A stretch of 64,000 nt of DNA from Candidatus Parcubacteria bacterium (lineage in GTDB: Bacteria > Patescibacteriota > Minisyncoccia > Phycocordibacterales > JAKAEA01). The stretch is taken from the NCBI GenBank assembly GCA_963806325.1, contig CAWDXL010000002.1, positions 128,802 through 192,801 of the forward strand, in the 5' to 3' direction. How positions within the stretch are numbered: the first letter of the stretch is position 1; each line of letters opens with the position of its first letter. The position numbers were made by a program, and so were the translations under genes. The notes under the pieces are model-generated. The model had not been told where the DNA came from. It did not search any database and was given only the letters and a program-made list of their open reading frames with translations. This document shows positions 21,005 through 32,404 of the stretch, in pieces.

Positions 21005-21205
21005 TTAAAACATAAACGCAGCTACAACCCGCATCGATCGTGCCAGGAAACTTTTGCGCTTAATGAGTGAAAGCTGTGCGCGCAAGAGCTTGTGTTGGCG
21101 TGCTTCGCGGCTGTAGGCCAGACCCCTCACTATTTTTTCGTCGATGGAACGATTGAGCCTCTTTATCTCTGATTTTAAATTGTGAATAACTTCTGATTTA
21201 CTCAT
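21005..21205 (-). CDS. small hypothetical protein
   Basis: 66-aa basic ORF lying between lexA and rarA. Confidence 0.3.
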   Translation of the reverse strand: MSKSEVIHNLKSEIKRLNRSIDEKIVRGLAYSREARQHKLLRAQLSLIKRKSFLARSMRVVAAFMF

Positions 21206-21242
21206 GGCATTTTATATTAGTCTAGTAACATCGTTTATTTAT

Positions 21243-21815
21243 TTAGTATTTTCGTATGACTGCTTTTACGACCGCCATAATTTGTAATTCAGCATTCTCG
21301 TCAGGAATAATATCTCTGAAGCGTTCATTGGCAGCTTCGAGCCATACTCGGCCATTACGTTTGCGCAGGAATTTTACGGTATAACCGCCGTCGATAAAAG
21401 CTACAATAATATTTCCGTCTTCTGCATCACTGCGTCGCTCGACAATAAGCATGTCTCCTGGCTGTATACCGGCATCAAGCATCGATTCACCACTTACCCG
21501 GAGCATGAATGTTGTCTCTCTGTTATTGATAAGATAATTGTCGAGACTCATTGTCTCGGCTAAATCTTCTTCAGCAGGAGTTGGAAAACCTGCCTCTACC
21601 GAACCTAATATTTTTACTCCACCCAATAATTTTTGATCCGGAATAAGTCTGCCTGAACTGTCTTTAGTGATAAGGTTTTCTTGAATGAGTTTATTAACGA
21701 GTTTGAAAATGGCATTTTTTGATTTGAGATTGAATAATTCCATCATCTCACTGTATGTGGGCATAACCCTATGCTCCTCATAAAACTCTCTGATTTTTTG
21801 TTTATACCGTTCCAT
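21243..21815 (-). CDS. lexA: LexA repressor (S24 peptidase)
   Basis: The C-terminal S24 domain shows 'VSGESMLDAGIQPGDMLIV' and 'VVKAVIRKY', and an N-terminal wHTH is present. The start is placed at MERYKQ (ATG 21815) because the SOS box lies just upstream. Confidence 0.85.
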   Translation of the reverse strand: MERYKQKIREFYEEHRVMPTYSEMMELFNLKSKNAIFKLVNKLIQENLITKDSSGRLIPDQKLLGGVKILGSVEAGFPTPAEEDLAETMSLDNYLINNRETTFMLRVSGESMLDAGIQPGDMLIVERRSDAEDGNIIVAFIDGGYTVKFLRKRNGRVWLEAANERFRDIIPDENAELQIMAVVKAVIRKY

Positions 21816-21828
21816 AAATGTAGTATAA

Positions 21829-21844
21829 GTGAACGAGCGTTCAC
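21829..21844. promoter_or_regulatory. SOS box (Cheo-type GAAC-N4-GTTC) upstream of lexA
   Basis: gtGAACgagcGTTCac is a perfect palindrome 16 bp upstream of the lexA start. Confidence 0.6.
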
Positions 21845-21912
21845 CCGTCAATGTGGATAACGTACCACGACACAAAAAATTACAAAAAACTAGTCGCTTT
21901 TAATATTTTAAT

Positions 21913-22152
21913 CTAGATGCTGGTATGAAAATAAGTTTGCAGAAACCAAGCGAGAGCATTGTACAGTGTATTGTATGTGGAGACCACGATTTGCCATGCA
22001 TATGATAGATTGTCCTGAACGATAGGACCATTAATTACGCTCTGGATATTAATTTTAAAGTATCCCAAAAGTATCAGGGCGATTATTATAAGGATGATTG
22101 CGGTAATAAAACCCCTCCCCTTCTTTTGATTATAAGTCTGTAGTGTAGTCAT
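21913..22152 (-). CDS. small membrane protein
   Basis: 79-aa ORF with one TM helix. Confidence 0.35.
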   Translation of the reverse strand: MTTLQTYNQKKGRGFITAIILIIIALILLGYFKINIQSVINGPIVQDNLSYAWQIVVSTYNTLYNALAWFLQTYFHTSI

Positions 22153-23470
22153 TGCCTAAAAATGATAATGGATTAAGGTATGCACTTAGCGCGGCGACAG
22201 GCATTGTATATGTATGGCCTTTACATCCTTTGCTTGCAAAAGAGGTAATTTCAGTGCCGTCTGTTGCATAAACACCGAAATGAAGATGTGGACCGGTGGC
22301 GTAGCCTGTCATTCCACTGAGACCAATAATATCACCAGTTGATACCACTTGTCCTGTGGTCGCCTTGATAAGTGAAAGGTGGGCATACATCGTGGAAAGG
22401 CCGTCAGCATGTTTTATCATGACCCATTTGCCAAATGATGCTCCCGGACAGGTGAGATCGGTGTTGCCGGTGCCCAATACAACACCAGCAGCTGCAGCAT
22501 GCACTGATGTGCCGATTGGCACCCCAATATCAAGACCGTCATGTCCCTGTCCGCTATAGAGCTGGCTATGTGTTCCTGCAAAAGCTGTGTTGCCAAAATA
22601 TTGTGTCACAATATGTGGACTTACAGGCCATGCAAGTACTCCTGCCACTGCCCCCGGAAGACTGCTTGGGTTGACTGTTAAATGGAGCTGTGCCTGATAC
22701 TGATTAAGCTCAGTTTCAAATTCTTGCTCACTTAGCTTTTTCTGAGCAATTATTTTCTGATATGCACTTTCTTTATCTTTGGTAGCGCTTAAGAGGGCGG
22801 CTTTCTGCTGTTTAGTGAGTTCGATTGATGTTTTTTGATCAGATAGCGTACTTGCCAGTGTCACCAGGCTTCCCTTTTGGACTTGCGTTTGATTTTGATT
22901 GACGACAAGATCTTTTTTTAGCCCTTCAAGCGTGTCGAGACCATCTTTCATGCTCGACTGAAATTCTCCAATTGTTTCAAGTTCATCTGAAAATGTCGAT
23001 AAGCTTGAATTTAAGAGAAAAGTTTCTATAAATGGCTGGCCATCATCCTCATTAACTGTTCTCATTGTTGATCCAAGCGCACGTTGATCATCTTTAATTT
23101 TAGTTTCTTTATCGCTGATGCTGAGAGCGAGTTTTTGAATGGTTAGATTTGCTGCATCAATTTGGGCTTGTGTTAATTTGATGCTCGTACCGATTTTTTT
23201 ACTGTTAAGGTCTAGGCTTTTTACCGCATCCTGAAGTGTTTTTGCCTGAACGGTTGTTGTTGCCAGAGCCGATTGATATTGGCTTATTTCCGCCTGAAGC
23301 TGCTGAATGGTGGCTGTGTGATCATTAATCTTGCTCTGAAGATCATCGGCAGTATCAGCGTGTACAAAGATCGGGTTATATAGCCACCAGAAAACAAGCA
23401 TTATTCCACCTATAAACACTCCCAAAAAGCATACTGATTTTTTAATCATACCGTACCATAAATATACCAC
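22130..23470 (-). CDS. M23 family metallopeptidase with N-terminal coiled-coil (EnvC-like murein hydrolase activator/endopeptidase)
   Basis: A long coiled-coil, then 'GHDGLDIGVPIGTSVHAAAAGVV' and 'HLHFGVY'. Confidence 0.8.
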   Translation of the reverse strand: MVYLWYGMIKKSVCFLGVFIGGIMLVFWWLYNPIFVHADTADDLQSKINDHTATIQQLQAEISQYQSALATTTVQAKTLQDAVKSLDLNSKKIGTSIKLTQAQIDAANLTIQKLALSISDKETKIKDDQRALGSTMRTVNEDDGQPFIETFLLNSSLSTFSDELETIGEFQSSMKDGLDTLEGLKKDLVVNQNQTQVQKGSLVTLASTLSDQKTSIELTKQQKAALLSATKDKESAYQKIIAQKKLSEQEFETELNQYQAQLHLTVNPSSLPGAVAGVLAWPVSPHIVTQYFGNTAFAGTHSQLYSGQGHDGLDIGVPIGTSVHAAAAGVVLGTGNTDLTCPGASFGKWVMIKHADGLSTMYAHLSLIKATTGQVVSTGDIIGLSGMTGYATGPHLHFGVYATDGTEITSFASKGCKGHTYTMPVAALSAYLNPLSFLGNDYTTDL

Positions 23471-23489
23471 AACTTATGGGGGTGCTATA

Positions 23490-24617
23490 TTACTTCTCGT
23501 GTTTTACGCCAATTTCAAGAATTTGCTCTGCGATAAGATCAGCGGCATCAGTGCGAGCAAAGCTTTTTGCACCAGCAATCATTTTTTGAATAATCTCAGG
23601 ACTTGTTAAAATCCTATCGATTTCAGAAATAATAATATTGGCAGATAAATTTGCCTCTTCTATAATGACTGCTCCACCAGCATGAGCATAACCATAAGCA
23701 TTTTGCCGCTGGTGATCTCCGTTTGAATCGGTAATCGGAATAAGAATCGCAGGTACCGCCCAAGCGGCAATTTCAAAAATAGTCGATCCGGCACGTGAAA
23801 TGACGAGATTGGCTGCGCCGGCAGACATGCGGAGTGCGAGCGTATTGAGCGTGTCAAACGGCCGATAGCGTGATGCGTACTGGCTCTTGTGGAGCACAAC
23901 TTTGGCCATGCCCACCATGAGCTTTAAATTATTTTTTCCAGTTTGATGGATCACTTGATATTTTTCAACGAGTCGCGGCAGCGCTTCTATAATTGCGTCG
24001 TTGACAATCTGGGCACCCTGCGAACCGCCGAGAACCAAGAGTACCGGCACCTCGTTTTCAAGTTTTAAAAATTCATGTGCTCCTTCACGGACAGGGTGCG
24101 TAAGCTCTTGGCGGATCGGATTGCCGGTGTACGCCACCTTTTCTTTTTTGAAGAATTCTGCAGCCTGAGGATATGATACTGCCACTCGATCGGCAAATTT
24201 TCCGGCCCACAAATTAACGCGGCCGGGTACGCTGTCGGATTCATGAATCACAACAGGGATCCTCAAAAATCGGGCCGCACAAAGAACGGGAAAACTGACA
24301 TACCCTCCTTTGCTGAAAACTACGTCCGGATATATCCAGTAAAGCGCCCACGTAGCAGTAAGTATTCCCCATCCTGTCTGAAAAAAATCAATAATACTCA
24401 ATAGAGAAAAATATCTTCGAAGCTTTCCGGCTGGGTTTTGTATAAATAAGATTTGGTTGTCGAACAGAAGATTTTTATCATAAGGCTGGGGAGCCATGTA
24501 ATAAAGTTTTACATCAATAAGCCGATGTTCTTTGGTAAGTTTCCGGAGAGATTGAGCGACGGCGATAATCGGATAAAAATGTCCGCCTGTGCCTCCGCCA
24601 GTGAGAAGGATTTTCAT
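23490..24617 (-). CDS. murG: UDP-GlcNAc:lipid I N-acetylglucosaminyltransferase
   Basis: 'ILLTGGGTGGHFYPIIAV' and a GT28 C-domain. It sits next to ftsW and mraY. Confidence 0.85.
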   Translation of the reverse strand: MKILLTGGGTGGHFYPIIAVAQSLRKLTKEHRLIDVKLYYMAPQPYDKNLLFDNQILFIQNPAGKLRRYFSLLSIIDFFQTGWGILTATWALYWIYPDVVFSKGGYVSFPVLCAARFLRIPVVIHESDSVPGRVNLWAGKFADRVAVSYPQAAEFFKKEKVAYTGNPIRQELTHPVREGAHEFLKLENEVPVLLVLGGSQGAQIVNDAIIEALPRLVEKYQVIHQTGKNNLKLMVGMAKVVLHKSQYASRYRPFDTLNTLALRMSAGAANLVISRAGSTIFEIAAWAVPAILIPITDSNGDHQRQNAYGYAHAGGAVIIEEANLSANIIISEIDRILTSPEIIQKMIAGAKSFARTDAADLIAEQILEIGVKHEK

Positions 24618-24632
24618 ATTGAGGTGATTATA

Positions 24633-25751
24633 CTACAGCTGTCGACTCTTTGAAATATTAAGAATAATTCCTACTTCAGCAAGTCCAAAGAGCATCGCTG
24701 TGCCTCCTTGGCTGACAAAAATAAGAGGAATGCCTGTAAGCGGCAAGACACCGAGCATTGCCCCTATGTTTATGAATGACTGGGTGATAATAAGGGTTAC
24801 GATGCCAACCGCAAGTGTACAGCCAAAAATATCTTTCACATGCGCCGCTACCCGATATCCGCGCAAGGCAAAAAAGAGAAACAAGAAAATGAGTGTTGTA
24901 GATCCTATAAATCCAAATTCTTCTGACGCTACGGCAAAAATAGAATCACCGATTGGTTCGGGCAGAAAATTAAACTTTTGAATGCTTTGACCAAATCCTC
25001 TTCCTGCCACGCCTCCGGACCCTATTGCAATAAGAGACTGCTGAATTTGATAGCCTGATCCTAATGAATCACGTGATGGATCGGCAAACGTTAACAGTCG
25101 GGCCATGAGGTATGGTCTTGTGTATGCAAGACTCGCAATAGTAATTGCTGAAATAGCAAAAAGAAGCAGGATGTAGCGCCATTGTCCGCCGGCAGCAATA
25201 AACATAGCAATGAGTGCCAAAAAAATAACCATGAATGTACCCGTATCGGGCTGCTTCATAATCAATATTCCCGTGACTCCTAAAATAATATAGAGCGGGA
25301 GCGCACCTTTTTTGAAAGTTTTTACCTTGTCTTTAACTGTTGCGAGCCACGCAGCAAAATACATAACAGCACCAAGTTTCAGAAGTTCTGCTGGTTGAAA
25401 TGTGTAGCGGCCTCCGATATTTATCCAGCGCCGTGCGCCGCCGTGAGCGAAACCAATTTTCGGCAAAAATACCAGAATACATAATATGAGCGACGCAACA
25501 AAAAAATGAAGAGCATACCTTCTCCAAAAGGTATACGGAATGCGAGTGCCGATGATGAGAATAATTCCACCGGCAACAAACCCGACTAAAAATTGTTTGA
25601 GTGTGACGCTCGAATAGCTTACTCCTTCGCGGGCAAGCAGACCCATTGAGGCAGAACTAAAAATAAAAAAGCCGGCAACAAGGAGTGTTATCGTAGAGAT
25701 AAAAAGTGTTTTATCAATACGTTTAATTTTCATGGTCGCAATAAAAAACAA
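24633..25751 (-). CDS. ftsW: SEDS-family peptidoglycan polymerase FtsW/RodA
   Basis: 10-TM protein with 'SQGGTAMLFGLAE' and FtsW-like loops, in a dcw-type context. Confidence 0.8.
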   Translation of the reverse strand: MFFIATMKIKRIDKTLFISTITLLVAGFFIFSSASMGLLAREGVSYSSVTLKQFLVGFVAGGIILIIGTRIPYTFWRRYALHFFVASLILCILVFLPKIGFAHGGARRWINIGGRYTFQPAELLKLGAVMYFAAWLATVKDKVKTFKKGALPLYIILGVTGILIMKQPDTGTFMVIFLALIAMFIAAGGQWRYILLLFAISAITIASLAYTRPYLMARLLTFADPSRDSLGSGYQIQQSLIAIGSGGVAGRGFGQSIQKFNFLPEPIGDSIFAVASEEFGFIGSTTLIFLFLFFALRGYRVAAHVKDIFGCTLAVGIVTLIITQSFINIGAMLGVLPLTGIPLIFVSQGGTAMLFGLAEVGIILNISKSRQL

Positions 25752-25780
25752 AACTCATCTTACTACTATACATCACTTTG

Positions 25781-26854
25781 CTATTTTAACATTGCCAAAA
25801 TCATTCCGAGGGCTGCGAGAACGGTGCCGATGATCCAGTAGCGCATTGTTACTTTTGCGGCCGGCCAGCCGAGCGCTTCAAAGTGATGATGAAGCGGTGC
25901 AACGAGAAAAACTTTTTTGCCGTGCCGGAGTTTTTTTGAACTCAACTGTATCATCACCGAGATGGAGGTAATGATGAGAGGAAATGCGATTACCGGAAGA
26001 ACGAGCACCCCATATCCTCCGCCAAGTGAGTCAGTCATGAATGCCACTATGACAAGTGTAATCGTGAGACTCATACTGCCAGTTTCGGACATGTAAAAAC
26101 GTGCCGGCGGCACGTTGAACCATAAAAATGCGAGAATTGCTCCCACAATAACAGCACAAAATGCAGCGAGATCAAGCTGATGCTGATAGAACGCAATGCC
26201 GCCGTATGCAGTAAAAGAAGTTGCAAATACTCCACCAGCGAGCCCGTCGAGGCCGTCTATCACACCACCAGAGTAGAGAAGCAGCATGATGGCTACAAAT
26301 ACTGGAATGAAGAAAATACCAAGCGGTAATGCGTGATTGAATGGCAAGCCAAGGGCAGAAACACCAAGCTTATCATAAAACCAGAGGGCGCATACGGTGC
26401 CAATGCATCCGACCATAATGAGACGTTTTTTGAGAGAAAGACCGCCTGCAATATGGTCGTGCGAGCCTTGGATATCAAGATAATCATCAACAAGCCCGAC
26501 GGCCGCACCGAAGAGAAGTGTAAATAAAGGAATGAGCGTTTGGCTGCGGCTGAGAAAATCAAATTTTTGAGCGAGGCTAAACGGGAATATTTTTGATACA
26601 ATCCAGAAGCCGGAGATTGTAATAAAAACGCTCGCCCAAATAATAATGCCTCCCATTTTTGGCGTACCAACCTCTTTTGTTTTGTGGAGCTCGTTGAAAA
26701 TAGGAGTGGCACGGCCGTCAGGCGCCACTTTTCCCGCTTTCTTTTTCCAGAGCTCATTTTTATATAAAATGCTCGATACGGCCGGGGTCAATATAATGCC
26801 GATAACAAATGCGATTGCAGCAGGAATAAAAAGTTTGAGAAGATCTAGATTCAT
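25781..26854 (-). CDS. mraY: phospho-N-acetylmuramoyl-pentapeptide transferase
   Basis: Polytopic membrane protein with 'DDYLD', 'APLHHHFE', and 'DGLDGLAGG'. Confidence 0.85.
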   Translation of the reverse strand: MNLDLLKLFIPAAIAFVIGIILTPAVSSILYKNELWKKKAGKVAPDGRATPIFNELHKTKEVGTPKMGGIIIWASVFITISGFWIVSKIFPFSLAQKFDFLSRSQTLIPLFTLLFGAAVGLVDDYLDIQGSHDHIAGGLSLKKRLIMVGCIGTVCALWFYDKLGVSALGLPFNHALPLGIFFIPVFVAIMLLLYSGGVIDGLDGLAGGVFATSFTAYGGIAFYQHQLDLAAFCAVIVGAILAFLWFNVPPARFYMSETGSMSLTITLVIVAFMTDSLGGGYGVLVLPVIAFPLIITSISVMIQLSSKKLRHGKKVFLVAPLHHHFEALGWPAAKVTMRYWIIGTVLAALGMILAMLK

Positions 26855-26859
26855 ATTGA

Positions 26860-27867
26860 TTAATTATTGTTTGCCAGCATAATGACAGAGGTAGTGGCAA
26901 GCTTGCCGACATCGGCAAATCTGTCTTCATAGGTTGAGCCAAGTACTACGATGACGAGCTCATTGTCGGGGTCTGCCTTAAAAAGAACCGCCAAATTTCC
27001 CCCCGCAATATCAGTATACCCTGTTTTGCCAATGATGAGATGTGGAATCTGTGCAGTAAGAATATCGGTGTTGTTGCCTGTATGTCTAAATCCACTTAAT
27101 GATGTGGCTTCTACATGAGCACTGGCTGTTGGTCGGAAGATATCAAAGTCGTGCATATCGGCATAGAGAAGCATAGTAACCACATCACGGGCCGACGCAA
27201 ATGCTCCCGCGTGGGTCGCATCAAGATCAAGGCCCGTGGCATTATAAAACAAGGCATGCTGCAAGCCGATTGCGGAAGCTTCTTTATTCATATCAATCAC
27301 AAATTGCTGTCGGCTCGTATCAGGCGTTGTTCCCATCTCATGTGAACCAAGAGATGTGGCAACAGCGTCAGCACCGTCATTTGATGAAACAACGAGCGAA
27401 AATTTTAGGAGATTCTCGAGTGTCCATTTTTCATTAAGAAATAATCCTGTATCGCCATCCTGTGCAAGATTTTCATTCCGAATGGTGACTATAGTAGATG
27501 TCGGAGCAAGAGTTGTCGCAGTAATTGCCGTCATGATTTTGGTGAGCGACGCGAGCGGCATGGGGGCATCAGCATTTTTTGCGTAAAGGACGGTATTGCT
27601 TGTCATGTCATACACAATGGCTGCGCGGCCAGTAATGCTCAATTTTGAAAAAAGATCAGTCGGAGCCGACTTGGCACTTTCAGCTACGACCGTAGTTTTT
27701 GTGTTGAAATAAAAGGTAGTCAAAATACCTGCAATACATATAACGATGCATGTCACAGCGACATATATATAGTAAAAATTACGCTTCTGCCGCGTCATTC
27801 TATTTCTCTGATTCATTATTGTGTGTATCAATTTCCGCCCGTACCTCGGCATATTCGGGCAGCTCAT
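26860..27867 (-). CDS. D-alanyl-D-alanine carboxypeptidase (PBP5-like, peptidase S11)
   Basis: SxxK 'ASLTKIM', SxN 'SSNDGA', and a KTG region 'GKTGYT'. Confidence 0.8.
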   Translation of the reverse strand: MSCPNMPRYGRKLIHTIMNQRNRMTRQKRNFYYIYVAVTCIVICIAGILTTFYFNTKTTVVAESAKSAPTDLFSKLSITGRAAIVYDMTSNTVLYAKNADAPMPLASLTKIMTAITATTLAPTSTIVTIRNENLAQDGDTGLFLNEKWTLENLLKFSLVVSSNDGADAVATSLGSHEMGTTPDTSRQQFVIDMNKEASAIGLQHALFYNATGLDLDATHAGAFASARDVVTMLLYADMHDFDIFRPTASAHVEATSLSGFRHTGNNTDILTAQIPHLIIGKTGYTDIAGGNLAVLFKADPDNELVIVVLGSTYEDRFADVGKLATTSVIMLANNN

Positions 27868-28333
27868 CTATTGTCTGAATTCCTAAATATGCAAAAAGCT
27901 CAAATGTTGGCTTGTACAAAAAACTCCGCTCATCGTTTGGATTGGGAACTTTTTCAACGAGCCCCCTGACAAGCAAATTTCGCAAGATAAAGTTTGAGTT
28001 GACCCCTCGGATATAATCAATCTCCTTTCTTGTGACAGGACCTTTATAAAGCACAATAGAGAGCGTTTCGAGTCCGGCTTTGCCGAGATCCTTCGTAATT
28101 TCTTCTTTTGCAAGTTTCTCTATAAGTGGAGAAATTTCGCTTCGCGTGCCAAGCACAACCTCGTCTTCTTTGACAATAAGCTGTACTCCTCTTCCATCCA
28201 ATTTTTTTTCGAGATTAGCAACACCTTCTTGTATGTCATTTTCAGACACTTCAAGAATTTTTGCGAGTGCTCCGAATGTCATCGGTGCACTTTTCCAAAA
28301 TAGAATGGCTTCAATCTTTGCGTCGAGAGGCAT
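27800..28333 (-). CDS. scpB: segregation and condensation protein B
   Basis: Tandem wHTH with 'IEAILFWKSAPMTFGALAKIL' and 'GPVTRKEIDYIRGVNSNFILRNLLVRGLV'. Confidence 0.8.
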   Translation of the reverse strand: MPLDAKIEAILFWKSAPMTFGALAKILEVSENDIQEGVANLEKKLDGRGVQLIVKEDEVVLGTRSEISPLIEKLAKEEITKDLGKAGLETLSIVLYKGPVTRKEIDYIRGVNSNFILRNLLVRGLVEKVPNPNDERSFLYKPTFELFAYLGIQTIDELPEYAEVRAEIDTHNNESEK

Positions 28334-28350
28334 GTAAGTATATTAACTCA

Positions 28351-29082
28351 TTATCCATACTTTGGCACTCCTATATCCTGTGTTTCGATATTTATATCTT
28401 CAAATTCTTTTTCCTGCGTCACGGAAATCATGCCTTGCTTCACAAGCTCAAGCATGGCGAGAAAGCTGACGATAATATTTACCTTTTCAACTTTCCCCAC
28501 CCCGGCAAAATCCTTAAAACTCATCTTGAGGCTTGTCTTGATGCGCTCGGTAAGATTGCCGATCATTTCTTCAAGGGAAATGACTTTTTTGATAACTGCT
28601 TTCGGCACCAGCTCCTTTTTTGGAATTGCTTTAATAACGTCCTTAATTGCCTGTACAAGATTTAAAACCGTCATTGACGCATCGGGTGAAAAAATAGGCT
28701 CTATAATCCTGTTTTGGTTTTTTTCAAAAATAATATTTTTGCCGAATCTTTCTTTTATGTGTACGGAAAGTTCTTTTATTCTTTGATATTGTTTGAGTCG
28801 GTATTCAAGATCCTGAATACTCTCCTCTTCTTCTACGGTAAGATCAAGCGCAGGCAGAAGCGATCGTGATTTTATGAGTAGAAGCGTCGATGCAATGAGG
28901 AGAAATTCTGCACTTTTGGCAATAGGAAATCCTTCGTGCTGACTGAGATATGCAACAAAATCATCTGCTACTTTTGAAAGTGAAATATCATTAATAAAAA
29001 ATTTTCGTTTTTCAACAAGGCTTAAAAGCAGCTCAAGCGGCCCTTCGAATACTTCTGTTTTTATGCTGAAATCAGACTCCAT
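28351..29082 (-). CDS. scpA: segregation and condensation protein A
   Basis: 'FEGPLELLLSLVEKRKFFINDISLSKVADDF', located upstream of scpB. Confidence 0.8.
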   Translation of the reverse strand: MESDFSIKTEVFEGPLELLLSLVEKRKFFINDISLSKVADDFVAYLSQHEGFPIAKSAEFLLIASTLLLIKSRSLLPALDLTVEEEESIQDLEYRLKQYQRIKELSVHIKERFGKNIIFEKNQNRIIEPIFSPDASMTVLNLVQAIKDVIKAIPKKELVPKAVIKKVISLEEMIGNLTERIKTSLKMSFKDFAGVGKVEKVNIIVSFLAMLELVKQGMISVTQEKEFEDINIETQDIGVPKYG

Positions 29083-29174
29083 AAGGATGTACGGTTATTG
29101 TATCACGATAAAAGGCTGTTCCGGAGTGTAAATCCAGGACAGCCTTGTTGTTGAATTGCCGTGCTTGTCAAACT

Positions 29175-30386
29175 TTATTGCAGAGGCGGATCAATCATGT
29201 CTGGCCGGAACCACCGTTCAGCCGGCTGATATTGGAGCGTTTGCCCATGAAGGTATGAGACAGCGAGATCATTCTCACCATCTGGACCGGCAGCCCGGAA
29301 AAAATTGGGTACTTTCCATGGCTTGCGAATATAGCGAATTACCCGCTTGGGATATTCGAGATCAAACAGCATAGTGGCACTCAATCGGACGAACATATCG
29401 AGATTTTCCAATGTTCCGTGCCGAGCAAAGAGATCGACAATTTTTGGCATTGCGACTGGAATGTTGAAAAGTCCAGCGCAGCCGCACGGTGAATACTTCG
29501 CTCGTTGTACTGCTGCTATAGCTGGCGCCTCAAAGACTTTGACAATATCAGCGATGGGCGGAAAAGCAGCGTGGAATGCACTATCGTTACCGTTCATGAT
29601 TCGGGGATTTCCGCTCATAGCAATAGCAGCGAGCTCAATCTCATCTTCAGGCTCGCGCAAATGCGGCCGGCAAAAATTCTCTGCTTCGAGGCCAGCGCCG
29701 CCCATCAGCTGTTCAATACTTGAAGTAATGTGCTGGACAGTGAGTGAGCCGTACACATTACTAGAAGCGCCCAATACTGCACGGCCGGTAGACCCGAGGC
29801 TCATGTGTTCAATGACTATGCGCAAGCCCAGAAAGCGCCGGGCAATTCCCTCGAGCACACTATCAACGGCACGTGATTCCCTATCCCTAAGAAAAATCTT
29901 TTTGCCTTTTACAGAGCTGAATTCGCAGTGTACCTGCAGAATCATACCAAGATTTTGCATCTCCTCGAAGAGGTAATCGTAATCCCCGTGGAGAAACTTG
30001 TCGATATTCAAGCCGTCATGAGCATTGGTTGTGATCTCGGGGCCGCCTTCGGTGATGAAATAGATTTTTGCTGATTTGACGCCATACCTCGTGACCGCAT
30101 CGCGAATTATTTCGCGTGTTGTTCGTGCCGTGAGCTTGATTGTCCGGATAACTTGAAAGCCGGAAAAACCTGCGGCGATTGCCGCACTTTCAATGTTGAG
30201 GGCATAAACCTGAGCTTGTGCGCCTGTCTCGATTGGCCTATTTGAATTAGGCATTGCCTGGCCTACTCCATAATAGGCCGCCGTCCATGGAGCAAGTAAT
30301 CTGTGCTGCCACATCTCGCGGAAATGTCCGTGCATGTCAACGCCTGCACATTGAAACACTTCTTCCGGCATGCTTGTATCGTTCAT
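29175..30386 (-). CDS. pyrC: dihydroorotase, type II (E. coli PyrC-like amidohydrolase)
   Basis: 'VDMHGHFRE' (HxH), 'QVHCE', 'SAFHAAFP', and 'SPCGCAGLFNIPVA' are collinear with E. coli PyrC. The start is placed at MNDTSM. The ORF track adds a 35-aa N-terminal extension. Confidence 0.65.
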   Translation of the reverse strand: MNDTSMPEEVFQCAGVDMHGHFREMWQHRLLAPWTAAYYGVGQAMPNSNRPIETGAQAQVYALNIESAAIAAGFSGFQVIRTIKLTARTTREIIRDAVTRYGVKSAKIYFITEGGPEITTNAHDGLNIDKFLHGDYDYLFEEMQNLGMILQVHCEFSSVKGKKIFLRDRESRAVDSVLEGIARRFLGLRIVIEHMSLGSTGRAVLGASSNVYGSLTVQHITSSIEQLMGGAGLEAENFCRPHLREPEDEIELAAIAMSGNPRIMNGNDSAFHAAFPPIADIVKVFEAPAIAAVQRAKYSPCGCAGLFNIPVAMPKIVDLFARHGTLENLDMFVRLSATMLFDLEYPKRVIRYIRKPWKVPNFFRAAGPDGENDLAVSYLHGQTLQYQPAERWFRPDMIDPPLQ

Positions 30387-30510
30387 TGCGCTTCTCTTTT
30401 CTACCCGCTTGAGCGGATGGTTTGAGTCAAAAAACATGTTATCTGCGCTAGTTTTAGCACAAACAACGTGTTTTGTCATCGGTAGTTTCATTTTTTACTC
30501 TGCCGTATCT

Positions 30511-32317
<1,807 letters not shown>

Positions 32318-32338
32318 ATATGCTTTAATATAACACTT

Positions 32339-32361
32339 AAAGCTCCCTTTGCAGGAGCTTT
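32339..32361 (-). terminator. hairpin downstream of aspS
   Basis: aaagctcc-ctttgca-ggagcttt is an 8-bp stem flanked by AT-rich sequence. Confidence 0.35.
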
Positions 32362-32404
32362 AATTATACTAATACTACGTGCGGATGAGCTTTTGGTAAC
32401 AAAA

